Source: Phoronis australis (lineage: Eukaryota > Animalia > Phoronida). From it: 64,000 nt of DNA. Positions within the stretch are counted from its first letter, which is position 1. Each line of letters opens with the position of its first letter. Below are positions 25,247 to 39,521 of this stretch, piece by piece. The notes below the pieces were generated by a model. That model was not told the origin of the DNA. It did not search any database and was given only the letters and a program-made list of their open reading frames with translations. Position numbers and translations under genes: made by a program. Location: assembly GCA_002633005.1 (NCBI GenBank), contig NMRA01000277.1, positions 308,431 through 372,430 of the forward strand, written 5' to 3'.

Positions 25247-28200
25247 TTAAATATCTCACCTTTCGTACAATCGTTGGGAGAACTTTTAAATGAAAGTACA
25301 ATTGCTATTGCCGGTTGCTATTATAGACTATGCACGACGTTAGCAAGTCAAAGTATACTATTTGTGCAAATACAAGTTATTGTTATAAAATACAGGAACA
25401 ATAAAAAGGACACTAATGTACTGCACACGCGTGCGCGCCCCCACTTGGCTTCCTTCCTAGCTGCAAACTCCCTCAACAAGCACCCCCTCCCCGTATTTAG
25501 GTAAAGGTAGAACTTATTTGGATGAACAGACATGTTGCAAATTCTACAGCTTTCGCTCCATACCTGTTTAGTTTAGCTCTAAATGTAGTAGACCTAAATT
25601 TCATTTATGTTTTTTGATAGGCGTCATGTTACTTTTGTGCAATCGCTGCTCCCTGCCCTAACCACAGGTATGGCTCTCCTGTGAAGGAGGTGTAAAAATT
25701 CCCTTTCAGTTGCACCTGCGGACTGTTTCTCGAAAAGTATATTGACCTTTGACTTTTTTATTTCTACAACTCAAAGCCGCAAAGCCAAAAGACAGAAATC
25801 CACAGCCTCTGTTTGAGAGAAGGCTAAAAGCCAAAGCCAAAAGACACAAAATCAACTTTTGTCTAGAGACTCTTAGACAAACATGCCTTTGAACTGTGTT
25901 CCGTAGACCGCAACACATTTGCTTGAGTTGCACTTCCGGTGAAAAATATCGCCACCAATCACTTCTATGGGAGCCATTTTGATAGGATTGACTAGTGAGT
26001 TCACGAACATTCTCGTCACTTGCCTTTCAGTCTCGTGATAGTTCAAAGTCGTACGAAATCTTGCTTTTTAAGTTCTTGCACCCACCGAAATTAGGCTTAC
26101 AGAACGCTCTCTTGGGTGAGTACGTCGTCTGGGAATGCAAACACTTGCACCACTTAAGAACGAGCCTTGCTCCTTCGAAACTTGTGACTGTCCTCTGTCT
26201 CCCTTACTGCATCCTACATCCGCCTTTGCATGACGTCATCATCGTGAACACGCCTACAAAAAGTATAATAATTTATAGTTGAGCAATTAATTTACCTTAT
26301 TCGCGGACTAGTGTAAAGCAAAATGTTTACATCACATAGTGACACTGACACATTCTCGCGAGAACCATGACATTTGCACATGATGCAAACTACTCAGTTT
26401 CAAGGTCGAGTGAGGCCAAACGGCAACAACGTTGTCCAGATGGTGTTGAGGAAATTTTTGGTAATTACAGTGCCTTGCGGGAAATGAACACCGATAAAAT
26501 TTCATGGTCCATAAAACACAAGTGGTGGTTATTTGAGAGTATCAGTCAGTGTCTCTGCTTTTGTAGTAGACTGTGGCTACTGTAGAGAGGAATTCTTGTC
26601 ATTATATTCAGTAGAGCGTTTTTAATTGACCATTTTTAGTAATGGCCATCAAAAGTGCCACGATAGTCGTAATACTTCAGCAAGTTTCGCAATGTACGAA
26701 TGACTCTAATCGCCATTTTGGGCATAGTGCAAGTGAGCGCCCGTTTGGCAGGTGCACATCTAGAGTCATAGTCACAGACCCCACGCGTTTCGTATCCCTT
26801 GATCACAACTCGATTGTGCGGTATGAAGAGGCCAGACTCAATGCCCCCCCCCCCCNNCCCCCCCCCCCCACCTGTTGCACCCATTTCATACATGTAGAAG
26901 TCCACATGAACCTTATTGAGGACATCTACAGCCGACTTACTTTATCAACTATAGCCTGATTATGTACATACACTGTACTAGTACACTAGAGCATGCATAG
27001 ACTTCCTAAGTGTCTTGATTAAATTCTACGTAATTGCTTCGGCCATCGATAACCTATAATGTAACATTGATGACATGTCAGTGACGTAAGCAAACAAAGT
27101 GAAAGCTCGTTGGCGAGTGGCTTTATTTCCGATGTTCCATTACAATTTAAAAAATAACAATGGAACTTTGACCGTTGTTCTGGCATCAGAGTCTTTAGTC
27201 TAATTTTACAACTTTTGGATAAGAAATAAGTTTCTATAAGAGTCTCTCGACGCTTCTTGCGTTCTGGACAATAAGCTATCCTGAGAGATGTCAGCAAATA
27301 CCCTTGACGTGTCATGGGCGGATGATTTACACCGTTTGCAAAAAATGTGGTCTACTAACACTATCGCTTAGTTGGCAAATGGTCTGAGTAAATAAACGGA
27401 ATAAATCACTACTCGCACGAGACTAAGCAAAAACAAAATTGCCCGCCGAAAAAAGACGGCAGCTAATATATTAAATCGAATAAAACGCCAAGTCTACCTG
27501 GGACGCCACGGATGAAACAACCAATAGATTTTTTCAGACCGCATGCGTGTTACTAAACAGTGACATGTTTCTTAGGCTCGAATTTATGAATGAATATTTT
27601 CGCACCCGTGTCTGTTTTTGATTGCATGCATTGCCGCCAGCGAATTCTTCACGTTCACTTATATTAAAAATGGAACGACCAGAAATTGGCACAGGGGCTT
27701 AGCGCGTGCCTAAAGAATTCACATGCAGAACCAATAGCTCGTTGTACAGAACCGACCGCGCTGCCTTTAATCCTCAACGGAGTGTGAATGCATAAACCTT
27801 AAGCAAAAACAGAGCTATTGCTTTGCAGGCCTGTCCAGATCACAGTGCAGAACCAGGAAAATCATTGATTGATGGGTTGCAACAATCCAATCAAGTTCGC
27901 TTACGACCATGCTGTAGAATAAGAGGTGCATAATTACCCGGATGTGCCTAGCAAACAGATGCCTGTAGGTAAATGCTGGAACGGTGGAAATGATGCAAAC
28001 TTTCCTCTTCTCATAAGAGTTCAAAACACATGTAACGGATGTTTAAAAGTACTGTGCATTACAACCACATGTTAGCAAAACTTGTTTCTATTTCAGGTTT
28101 TTAATTCTTGCAGCAATTAAAATTCCATTGGTTGTTCTGTCGATGTCTTACATCGGAGAAACATTATGATAAGAATAGGCATGGGTTGTTATTGAAAAAA

Positions 28201-31200
28201 AAATTACACTACGAGTTAGTATTGATTTAATACAGATATCTTTTGTGCGAGGTTACAATTGCACTGAAATCCCGCAAAACACTCCCCGTAAATTCCTCAG
28301 TTGAACTAGTTTTCAAATAGTAAAGCTCTAAGGGATTGCCAGAACTTCATTTTAGACGGGCTCACTCTAAGGACGAGTGCCCATCTCCGAAGACTTATTA
28401 AAGTTACATGTATGAGCTCAACAAAGCAGTGTCGTTCGTCTTCGTGAGCATCTCGTGCCTATAACGACAACGCATGCGTAACCAAAATGAATTACTGCGT
28501 GTGCCTGATTACTGGACTCGAAAGTTCACGAATTGAAGAAACAGTCAGGTGATAGGCCTAACTAGTTACGTTTTGTTTTTTGGATAATACACATGTATAT
28601 AGTACGCGTGTTCACACGACCCGACTGGCTGCATGGGGGTTGGACGACTCTCCTCTCGGTGGTAGCAGGGGCAATGAACTTTTCAGTTAGCGGTAATGTT
28701 CCTGAGATAATGATTTTTTGGCTGGCCGGGGCGTAAGGAATCGCCTCTAAATATATATGAACCCGTGTTCTTGAATTCATCGAAACAAAATGCAGTTTCC
28801 ACGTAAAGGGTCCTCTTTATGAAAGGAGAGCGAAAATAACCACGATGCGTGCAGTGTGTGTACAATGTACATGCCTCTTGACTGGAAATATTGTAATAGA
28901 TGTGGAATTTTTAAATATTTGCGTGGGGTCTCTATCATATTTATTCAAGATAATTAGCGTATTTATTCCATTCGTGACTTCCTCAAAACTCTAACACATA
29001 TTGAAAACGAAAACACCAGATGTCCCAGACAAAATGTTAACAAAAACACATGTACTTCAAAACGATGAGTACGAGGATATACATGTACTGCCAGCGTCGG
29101 AGTCTTTGTTTACTATCGTTGTCAGCGAATACGATTTGCGCATTTCCCGTAATTACAGGTGGTGTACACGACTCATCACACAATCCATCGGCGGAGATTT
29201 GTCCACTCATACAGTGTATGAATACATTTCGTCTAGCAACGGCGCCGTCGGAAGGAACACTGTGCGCGTAGGATATTGCTTACTTTGTTATACATGTATA
29301 AATGGTACGAGGGATACCTTTGATTTGTCTCCTATATCAGAACTCTACGTGCAGGTTGGGGGATATTTCTAAATGGAAAATTATCGATCTTACGGCCGCA
29401 ATACTCACCCGTAATTATTGTTGGGTGGGATAGACTGTTTGAAGTCATTAGCTTTGACAAAACAATAAATTCCGTTCTGTTTTGGGGATTTCATTTAAAA
29501 TCGATACTTCTTGTCGTCTGCCAAATACTAGTCGAAAATTTTACCAGCTAAATACGCTTAATTTACTAGGCGACGACGAAGGTTCCAGATTAAAAAGCCA
29601 GTGTTCTCGACGCCAATGTCAGTCACTCGTGTCTCTCCCGAGGCAGCCGTAAAGCTACATGTACGACTGTAAACGTATTAAAATGAGCGTGTTTTGTTTT
29701 CACTTCAGGCGTGTGGCGTATTGTTTTTGAAAGAATTGCTACACGGAGTTCGCATCAAACCACACGTAAAAATGAAAGCATCATTGTACGTCACTTCTAT
29801 CTTAACTATTTTGGAAATTCAAGTGTATGTCAGTTGACCTAACCTAAAAACAAGGCTCTGTTCCACAGGATATACGAAACTTGAAAATACGAAGAGTATA
29901 TTGGCATAAGACCTTACGAAGAGTTTAATGAAATAAAGTATTTTTCCATCCTTTACTCAGTTAACTGCTCCAATATTGCAATCGGTCATTTAAAAACGAG
30001 CAAGACTACAACGCATCAACAGCAATGAGGAAGTTCAAATTTAACAATTTGAAAAAAAAATGAAATTGAATTTCCTCTTTGTTTTAAAGTCTTAAGAAAA
30101 GTCACGAGAAAGAAATGCATCAAAGGGTCAACAAATAGCATCCTTGTCAATGAGAACAGTCGGCATCAGCTAGCCTTCACACTCAGCTCAAATCTTAAAA
30201 TGCGCAATCGACTTAGTAGGCGCGTGTTCATTAAGGAATTGGCGGCGGTAAATCCAACTGTGGCTCAAAATCCGTATTCATGAGTTCCATGGTGTACACT
30301 GATGCTCGTGTCGATGAGTCTGAGGGGTATAAATCAATCTAAGAACTGACAAAGACGAATGGTCTGTCTCGATTATTGGCAAAACAAGCTAACTCATGTC
30401 ATCGCAGACTATTGACCCAAGAATTACTTCGGTCGCTCCTACATATCCGTACGGAATATATGTAGGCCTAGCTCTGTTGGAAGATGACAGTTTCCTTCAA
30501 GTTGTCTCTTATTAACTGATTTCCCTCAATCCTTTAGGCAGATAACGGCGCCTCACGTACAGTGTCCAGGAAAAGTACCTTTAAGAAGACCACACCCTGA
30601 TGCGTATGCCACAGAAACAGGAATGTAAAAGATATAATGTTTCCCGCCACCTGTTGGCATGGTATGTTCTTTTTGCAGCAAGCGAACAATTTCCACAACC
30701 CATTGCTAATGTGACCATCTGTAAACGGTGTCGCTTTACGTAATTTTGCGTTTGACGAAAATATTTCAAGCATTGCACATGTACATTCTTCTCCACACGC
30801 TCGTGGTGCTGGTACGCAGTTTGGCCTGTCAAATGTCCTTAACTTGTTTTTTTCTGTTTTGAAACTGCACTGATATTTGTGCTTCGAATCAATCAGTCTC
30901 GCTTTAAGACTGCTCACGCAAATATTCTTCGGTAAGTTCATGCTTTACGAATTGCTGTTCTGAGAGGCTGTCACGTCACAGAATCTGATACAATGTACAT
31001 GTGTCACAGTTGTAAAAACGCACAGTGCTAAGGTCCAGCCATCTGACTAAACATGAAGCAAAGCAAAGCGTGACCAAACCTCCTACATTAAGCTGTTTTT
31101 ACACCTGATAACTTAGGAGTGTCGCTTTCCGGTTTTAAACAAAAGACGACGAGATTGATTTCCGGCAGTACATTATTGAAGAAATGCACCCGCCACGTCC

Positions 31201-31510
31201 ACGCGAATATGTATTCAAGAGAAAAGGCAGCGGATATTCGAGGACGGGAAATGTTTTTGTAAAGAATAAGTTGCGTTTTCATTTGAGAACGCTAACTCAC
31301 TTTCGTGTTATAACCATTTAGGGTAGATACGTGGAAATGTTTTGAAAACACAAAATGGGTTGAGTACTATGCTTTTGTAATGGTAAACAAAATGTTGCGT
31401 TTCCAAAACGAAAACGGAATTGTTTCGAAGGGGCCAGATTAATTTGTGCGTTACAGCTCTGGTTAAATGGGGCATTGTCAGCGAGCAATGCTTTTCAGAG
31501 ACTAACTACA

Positions 31511-31584
31511 GCTTGGAATCGAACCAACTAGACAACTGTCGCGTCGCAGCCAAACGCTTAGCTGGCTGAACTAAATCCCACTCC
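31511..31584 (-). mobile_element. tRNA-derived SINE head
   Basis: Minus strand reads ttagttcagccagctaagcgtttggctgcgacgc...ggttcgattcc (A and B boxes); related copies at about 20820-20880 (-) and 34060-34130 (+). Confidence 0.55.
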
Positions 31585-32567
31585 GTGCATATGACAACAA
31601 GGTGTCTGGTGAAGTCACCGGAGTTGATTTCAATGGAGGGGATTGGCGATGGCAATAAATTTGGTTTACAACTCTAGCCAAGTCTATCTCGTGAAGCAAT
31701 AATCCACAAAACGCTGGTCGTATGATAATGCCCTTAAATAAATGCAATGCATAACATTTACGTTACGAAAATTTGAATTCCAACGCCAATTGCAAAAACG
31801 TAGTGTAAAAAAACCTTGTTTAATTCTTTAGCGGTTTTTCTTTGCAAGAAAGATGGTCATTTTTTAGTCTTCAACGCTCGAAACAACAGTGCAGTTGCCA
31901 CCTTGACATCTGTTTCACCTCAAGGTACGCAGCTGACTCTAACAGGTGTTCTCTTTTGATTGACTGTGGTCAGCTCAGTAATGGGCAGAGGTCAGTGTCT
32001 TCAAATAACATGCCAATTCGAGAAGTACACATGCGGTCGAAAACCTGGCCTTTTGTCAACGCAAAAAAATAGCACAAAACTTTAATTTGCCAAGTAGCTT
32101 TCACTCAGGCTAATTAGTTTGACGGCCGACTGACAGAGGTTGTCTGACTGAAAAGCGCAACGATTTTCGTGTAGCAGCGCATTCTCACGGCAATGAGCCA
32201 AGCGGCATTATTAATGGTTTGAAAAGAAAAGGACGTACATCTGTATCTTCCCGTTTATTTCCGGCAAACTGTCGGAGTTTCATAACCACGCTTATTCGAT
32301 ACAATTCGTCATTTTCCGTACGACGTTATACTGAACATGATCACACGGAAATAGCCGAACTTTGTATCGAACTACGAGATTTAACGAACACGTTTGGATA
32401 ACCCACGCTCAATCTTTAATTTTATTTACGACAGATAACATAGATTTTATCTACGAATTGTGTTGACTTCTCATTAAATGAAAGTTGTCAGACAAGCATT
32501 AGGGTGCTGGTGTATATGTACATTAAATTTTACTATCGACACATTGATTTTAGACTTTAAGGACCAG

Positions 32568-32817
32568 GGCCTAGTCCCAACAAAACTGACTTAGCTGAGA
32601 CAATTAATAAATTTTACTAAATTTTAAAATAGAGTTTTAATTTGTCTCAAAATCATCTCATAATAGAGATCTTAAGCTGGATTATAGTTTTTGACGTTAG
32701 TTTTTTTCTTAATTTTGACGAATTTACCAAATGCGGAAATTTCAACGTTTGGAAGTTAAGACAAATCTAAGACTTGAAGTCAAAAATGAAGTTCAGTCAG
32801 TTTCTTGGAACGGGCGC
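32568..32817. mobile_element. Harbinger-type MITE, copy 1
   Basis: Homologous along its length to 53091-53338; CAG flanks; degenerate GGCC...GGAACGGGC ends. Confidence 0.65.
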
Positions 32818-34059
32818 CAGAACCACCGCTTCCAAAATAGTGAAAAAAGAAACGCCTGCCCCTCCCTTTGTACGCCACGGTTGTAATCGGGCACTTTGGT
32901 GATATACCGTACAATATCCGTCAATAGTTCTAAACACTTGTATGTTTCTTCTACATGAGTTTATTTTGCATAACTGTCACGAGACGCTACAATGTACTTA
33001 ACAATTACAAGGAATTGTCTCTGTCCTGACTGGGGATAGAACCCTGGATTTTCTTTAGTTCACGTGTAGACGCCTACTCATGATACGGAGTATCTGTAAC
33101 TTAGACGCTGTGGGAAAAAGGACGTTTTTTGCAAAAACTGAATCACGAGCTGTATAATAGAATTGTCCTGGTGTATATTGTCTTCTAAGAAAACACAGCA
33201 ACTGATACATTGAAAAACAAGTGTGAACATATAGAAATCCCTAGTAATTCCAAATATTACGCAATCGATGTTCGATAGTTATATGAACACATAATAAAAA
33301 ACTGTTCCTTGTTGCATTGGGGTAACAATGACATTTTACCATACTCATACCATAGTCTCGCAAAAGAGACTTTCGCGAGATTACAATGGTAACTCGTTCT
33401 CGGATGGTTTCCGGCACACCGGAAGACCCGAGGTTTGTAAACTAGTACTTCCTCTGCGTACTCACAATTTAATGAGACAGCTTCTTTAAGGGTGCAACTT
33501 ACTTGCACCTTACACTGTATGGCAAAACAACTTTTGATTTAGGCCGTTTGGTGTTATGAAATACATGTAGGTTTCGTCTAGTTCCTTTTTGAGGTGAAAC
33601 ATTAATCCTGGTTTAAGATGAACTGACGGGTCGTTGTTGCATGTTCCAAACCAGAAATATTAACTGCTTTGTCACGACGGTAAATTTCAATAGCCAAGTC
33701 AGTATGGCCGTCGGTGAAATTTCATGCGATTTGTTGTAACCAATGTCCATTCTACAATAGATAATCGAAACTATTCGTGTCGTGAACATGTAATGTCTGA
33801 ACAGTGCCTTCCCATGTTCCATTGTTTTTTTATAGTTTTTACAGTCGAAGAAGGAATTTTTGAAATTGGTGTCGGATGTTGGTGTGGAACTTCTTATACC
33901 TGTACAGGTGCACAGCTACAGAACAATAATAATGTGTTTTTGTGATTTTGTTCCAAATTTCAAATTCCTCCCGTTGTTTTCCAGATATTCGCTGAAGACA
34001 AATGACTTCTCTAGTTAAATACATTTACAGCGTAAAATACTCTGTCATTTATCCTCTCT

Positions 34060-34130
34060 GATTAAGGTCGCCAGCAGAGCGTTTGGCTACGAACGCCAGG
34101 GTTCCAGGTTGGAATCCGCGCTATAGGGCG
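34060..34130 (+). mobile_element. tRNA-derived SINE head
   Basis: agagcgtttggctacgaacgccagggttccaggttggaatccgcgct, similar to 31511-31584 and to the element in the tRNA array unit. Confidence 0.5.
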
Positions 34131-37100
34131 GATATCAGAAAATGGCTACTTGTCTCACCGCTAAATGTCGTTTTAACATAGAACATACAGTACATGTACT
34201 TGTGTACACCGCGGACGTTAACGTAGCTATCATGCTGGTCTTGAAATTATAAGTACACGTGTAATTTAATCAGATCTGCAGGTGGGCTAAATTTCCAATT
34301 AGCAAATTGATTTATTTCTTCTTCATTAGTTCAAGTCTAATGAAACCCTACAAATTGAGTTTTGATACGTTTGACAAGTGCATATATCAGTTTTCTATTC
34401 GTTTCACTCTGCACAGTAAGTTTTTTTTACATTGCGTTAGAGGTCAGATAATAGACGCGTGTGTAAGTCATTAGGGTTCATTATAAAGTGGCAACCCATC
34501 CGTGACACCAAGAGGCAGTAACCGTCACAGCAAGGGACGTTTTGTTTTACTGTAAGCGGGGAACGCTACCATCGGGTAATGCTAAAAGCGGTCCTCATAT
34601 TGACATTCGCATTCTAAACTCTTGTAAAACGAGTTAAAAGTTAGTTTTGCTTTGCTTCGAAAATAGCTATACGTCAAATGGATTGACTTTCGTTACTACG
34701 AAGTTAATTTAATATTTATTCGAATATAAGTGTGTATGGCATCGGGCTTTATGATAAACGACAGGTCACATCTCCGGTACAAAGTTTTGTTTAGAAACAG
34801 GGTACACTTGGAAACGTAACAACAACTCCCGTGCCAAAAGTAGAACAGTAGACCATATGTTTGGATTTTTTCCAACAACTGACCCATAGCAGTCGGAGTT
34901 GTTGTTTTCCCCCCAAAATACGCCACTTCTGTATATGTACATGTACTTAATTCGATGCATAATTAACTCAAGAATAAAAGTCCTCTTCCATACCTATCTC
35001 GTTTTCCTGATGCGTCCTTAAGCGGTTGCAAAAGCGATCGCCTTAAAACGGCTTAAAATACTTCGGATGTCTGTGGTGGCGATAAGATTGTTTTGGTTCT
35101 TGCGGTATAACTGTCCTCGCAGGGGACATCGAACGGAGAACTTCTCATATGTGCCACATGCCAGCTAGTTAGGAGCCACCAAAAATAAGTCTTTTTAATT
35201 TAATGTTAGGCAAAAACGCGTGACGTGTTTGTATTAAAGTCCAATCTGTTTGTTTAAGCGGGCTAAATTTACCTGACTTTAAAGTGGAATAGCAAATAAA
35301 TGTCCTAAATTACACGCGTTGTTGAGTCTCCAGGCATCTACTTGGTGACAATGATCGAAGACACTTTATAAAGAATAAATATTTGAAAATATCCTTTGCA
35401 GTCTGAATCTCGCGCATTGAAATCACGAGAATCCTTTAGCGGTTCAGTCAAGCGCGTTTGTAGTTTTTGTCTTGATGACAGTGTGTTTTTTGATGATTTA
35501 TGTAAAAAGTACGCAGCGAACAATATTTCAATTGAAAAACCACACCGACTGCATAACATTGTGTGATTCAAGCGGTCACGTGATGAAATCACATCGTTGA
35601 CATTCCAGTGAATGGCACCCGCCGAAAATAACATTTCAAGTTACTTTAAAAAAATTTCACGGATGAATAATTCGCGTTCCCACGCCCGACATTCACTACA
35701 TTTGTCGATGACTAGGCGAGATGCCAGGAAGTACCGGTGTAATTTGTAAAAAAGTAATTGAATGACACACAAATTGTTTATTGTGCCAATCACGCTCGGA
35801 CTTTAATCAATGCAATTACTGAAGACACTCCTAATACCCCCATGCGCTAAAAACCAAAATAATCGCAAAAGATAAAACAACCATTCAGTGTGTATATCCC
35901 ACACTGACAAGAGTGGTATGACATCGAGAGTCAATTGCGAACACGCGTCTAATTTTTTTCATGATTCTGAAGTCCTCATAGTGGCTTCATGCACTTATTC
36001 CCTGCACTGCCACGAGCCCCCAAGATATAGCATCAATTTGCTACATAGGGCTCAGTTGAATCATCAAATATGACCTGTTGCCAATACAGTCCCGAAGACG
36101 TTAAACAAGTACAGTACACCACTGGGGGGATTGGAAACCGGCACGTGAGACAATCACCATCCCGCTGCAATAACTCGCCGGCATACGATTTTTAGCCCAG
36201 CAATTGTAGAAAATCACAAAACCTGAGATGTATTCGAACAATAAACCAACATGTTAGCACCATGACGTCACAGAGAGTGCTTGGCAAAGAACTCTTTGCT
36301 TAATGTCTCCCAAAAAGTCTATTCCCTTGCAGATTTTCTTTTTGTCTCACTTTCCAAAGTGAACAGCTTTGTCTTAAAAATTTGCGCATGATGTGCAGCT
36401 GATTGTCTTTCGTGGCGGATGACGTTTAGTTTATTTTTTTCAACCCTGAAATTTCACTAGTAGTGTTTGAAGTTTTCGACGCAAAAGTTGCATTTCTAAG
36501 ATGTGAAAAACAGACTTTATTTCGTTCACCAGCAACGCAATACATTTATTGCAGGCGAATATTCACGAAATTCACAATAAACTGACGATTAAAGTAAAAA
36601 CAAACCCACGCCGCGGTTTTAGGAATCTAATTTTGCCTCTTTGGGCTGCCCTGATGACTTTGTTTACAAGTAAACGCGACCTTCCAGTCTCTATCTTATC
36701 TCTCATGGTGGTCAAGGGTACACCCCACGTATTATTGGTGTCAACAGTTACATGTAGGAAGTGATGGTCTATTATATCCATTTGACCTCGTCCCACGCAT
36801 ACAAGTCTTGTCCATTTCAGTCGGTATGTATGCCTCGTCTAAAAATAAAACCACAATTTTACTACTCATCTGATGAGCCGTGATAGAGTATGGCTAAAAA
36901 TAGTCAATTCGTATCAAAAAGTAGGGTTGTCACTAAACGACATTAACATACCAAAAGTCCAAATCAGGAATTTTAGCAGTCTACTTGTCATAACTACGCA
37001 AATTATTTTCGTATTCGTTGATGTTGACGGGGTTTGTATTCGGTTACTATAGGTACATACGGAACAGATCTCCAATGCTGCTGTTAATTATACGCCTTGT

Positions 37101-37825
37101 CCGTGTCACGAAAAAACGCCAACTTACACGTATGTGAGATCACAAATTAAAGTTCTAAAGATATCTCCAGGCACTCAATAATTATAAGGAATTGCGTGGT
37201 CGTTTTTAACTGTGTGACCGGTAGAGTTGACGTAAAGTTTGTAACTGGGTAGCTTTCATAAAACAAAATGCAGAAATTGCTAATACTAGTCGACATGTTG
37301 CCCTACATGAGCTAAGGAACGGGTGCGTTTATTGCATTGTTTGTTTCGTCAAACAATGAAATTAGATCCCGCCTTGTTTCTTAGGAATTGTTCTTTTTTT
37401 ATTAGATTTAGTAGAAAAGCATCGCCTAGGATCCAAAAGCTAATCACAAACGTATAGCTCGCTGATGATGCTGAAGGCCCGTGTCGCAACAGTCATATCA
37501 TGGATTGTAACTGTTACAATGAGACTGCCAAATTAAGTCATTTAGCGCACGGAAAAGTACACGTGCAACTGCGTTGGTGACGTAGACTTCGCCATACACA
37601 GACTCTTGGGTTTAATAGCTTAATTTTCGAAATAACCACACTGGAATTAGCAGAGGAAAACTTCTAGCAACCAACTCAGCAACAATTTTCTATCAATTTG
37701 TCATACATGTAACACATTGGCAAAACTAACTACGTCCGGTCTCTACGCTGGTTTCCGGCGATCATTAGCACACGACCACATTCCAATAGTTTTTTCTAAC
37801 ATTAGTCACCGCGCATGCGCAGCTG

Positions 37826-37861
37826 TATATAAATACCGGCAGGGCGAGTTGTTCCTCATTC
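37826..37861 (+). promoter_or_regulatory. TATA box and initiator of the secreted vWC-like gene
   Basis: TATATAAA at 37826-37833 and TCATTC Inr with A at 37858, 30 nt after TATAAA; first exon ends ATG|GTGAGT at 37968. Confidence 0.7.
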
Positions 37862-38743
37862 ATTCATGAAAAGTGTTGAGATCTAGTTGTACTACGAGTT
37901 TGTGGATAGTAGTTTATCGTTGTTTGCAGAGAACGGGATTAAGTGTGTTGTTGGGATCTTTTATAATGGTGAGTGTTTCTTTCATTTACGTCCCGGGCTT
38001 ATGCGGGTTTATTTGTCATTATAACTGCACTCAGTTGTTGCCTCATGGATTCAGTCACTTTCAACTTTTATTGCTATATGGGAATATTTGAAACTCTAGC
38101 ATTTCAAAATGAATGAGACTATATCTTAGCCTAGCGGAGGCAGTTGGAAAAACACGAGTGTTTCGATTATTTTATTCCACATAGCTTATGCTAATCTAAA
38201 AATGGCAGTATTCCTCGACGCGGCTGTTCCACGCACATTTCGTCACAAGCGCGGTGTTGATCTTCTTATTCCATTACGTTGTGGAACAATGAAAGGTTTA
38301 TTTGCATTTTGAAATAGGGAAATAATACTCTTGTAATTAAGGTGCAACTGTGTAAAAACTGTTTAATACAACAGCCAATCAACCACTCAGACGTTCCCTT
38401 TAAAAGATTTAATCATTTAATTCTCAGGGGTTTTTACCTTTCATTAAAATTTGATTAGTAGTTTCCATTTTAACATTAAAATAATTTCGGCGCGTGATTG
38501 AGGTGACAGCGAGACTTGCTTCAATCAGCAATGAATAACACACAATCAGTGCTGCAGATCTTCTCTTAATTACGTAGGACTGGCCTTATTTGCCAGTTTA
38601 AGAATCTCGCCAGTCCCAACTGCAGTTAATTGACAAAAACTCACCAAACGACATAAAACCCCTTGAGATGTATCAATCATTATTTTGCAGGGATTTTCGC
38701 CTTTAATAAAAAATTAATTACATTGTATTACTCTTTATTGCAG

Positions 38744-38831
38744 ATGGCCTTTAAGGAATGCCTTGTTGCGATAATCTTGATGACAGTTGTCAGTAACAGT
38801 CAAGGTGGAATTAGTGTTCACAAAATCAAAG
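38744..38831 (+). CDS. Secreted single-vWC-like domain protein, signal peptide exon (possibly preceded by ATG 37966-37968 in exon 1)
   Basis: TTTATTGCAG acceptor; MAFKECLVAIILMTVVSNSQG-GISVHKIK hydrophobic signal; donor AAG|GTACGG, phase 1. Confidence 0.85.
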
Positions 38832-39388
38832 GTACGGAATATATTTTATTTTTTATTTACAGTAAAATGAATGTACGTTTGCGGAGACTCGTAAATGCGG
38901 ACATATATATTCACTGTTACTTCTCTCTCAATTAGCCATTTCGAATAACCTGAACCCACCAAGAAAAAAACATCAAAGAGACGAAGTTCCAACGTTAAAC
39001 TAAAATTACGCGTGTTATCGACACGATGCGCACGTGTTGGAGTTTAGCTCACGACATTTGACTCATTGGAATGCGAGAAATGTCGTGTCCGAGGACACTC
39101 CACGACATTATCAATCGATTTTTTTCTCGGCCAAACTAGCCAGCGGTGTTGAAATTCAAGCATCGTTTAATGTTACAATTTGATTGATCCAGATCCCGTG
39201 AGGCTCATTTAATTCCAATTCATTACATGCTTCGAAACCATTTTTTCATAACGATGTTGTTTCTGTTGCTACAACCATTGACACATATCCGGTGAAACAG
39301 CGTTTCAATGTTGATTTACAGTAATCTTTTTGATAGTTGTTTCATGCACTTCAAGTTTCGTATAATTTGAGGACTACTGCTCTTTCAG

Positions 39389-39521
39389 GACAATGCACAG
39401 ACAAATTTCACGGTAAACCAAGTGCTAATGACGACTCGGACCCATCATCCACACAGACGGGAAAAGATCAATGTATGAAATGTTTCTGTGACAAGGGCGG
39501 AGAGTCAATGACATGCTTTGG
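39389..39521 (+). CDS. Secreted single-vWC-like domain protein, Cys-rich exon
   Basis: CTTTCAG acceptor; GQCTDKFHG...DQCMKCFCDKGGESMTCFG; donor GG|GTAAGT, phases 1-2 consistent with neighbours. Confidence 0.88.

Noticed and set aside
26844-26869. Poly-C run with NN giving poly-Pro/Gly ORFs
   Set aside because: Low-complexity run at an assembly gap
27150-27310. Minus-strand KKRRETLIETYF...IRLKTLMP, reminiscent of a Penelope GIY-YIG C-terminus
   Set aside because: Too short and degenerate; no GIY-YIG core or hammerhead nearby
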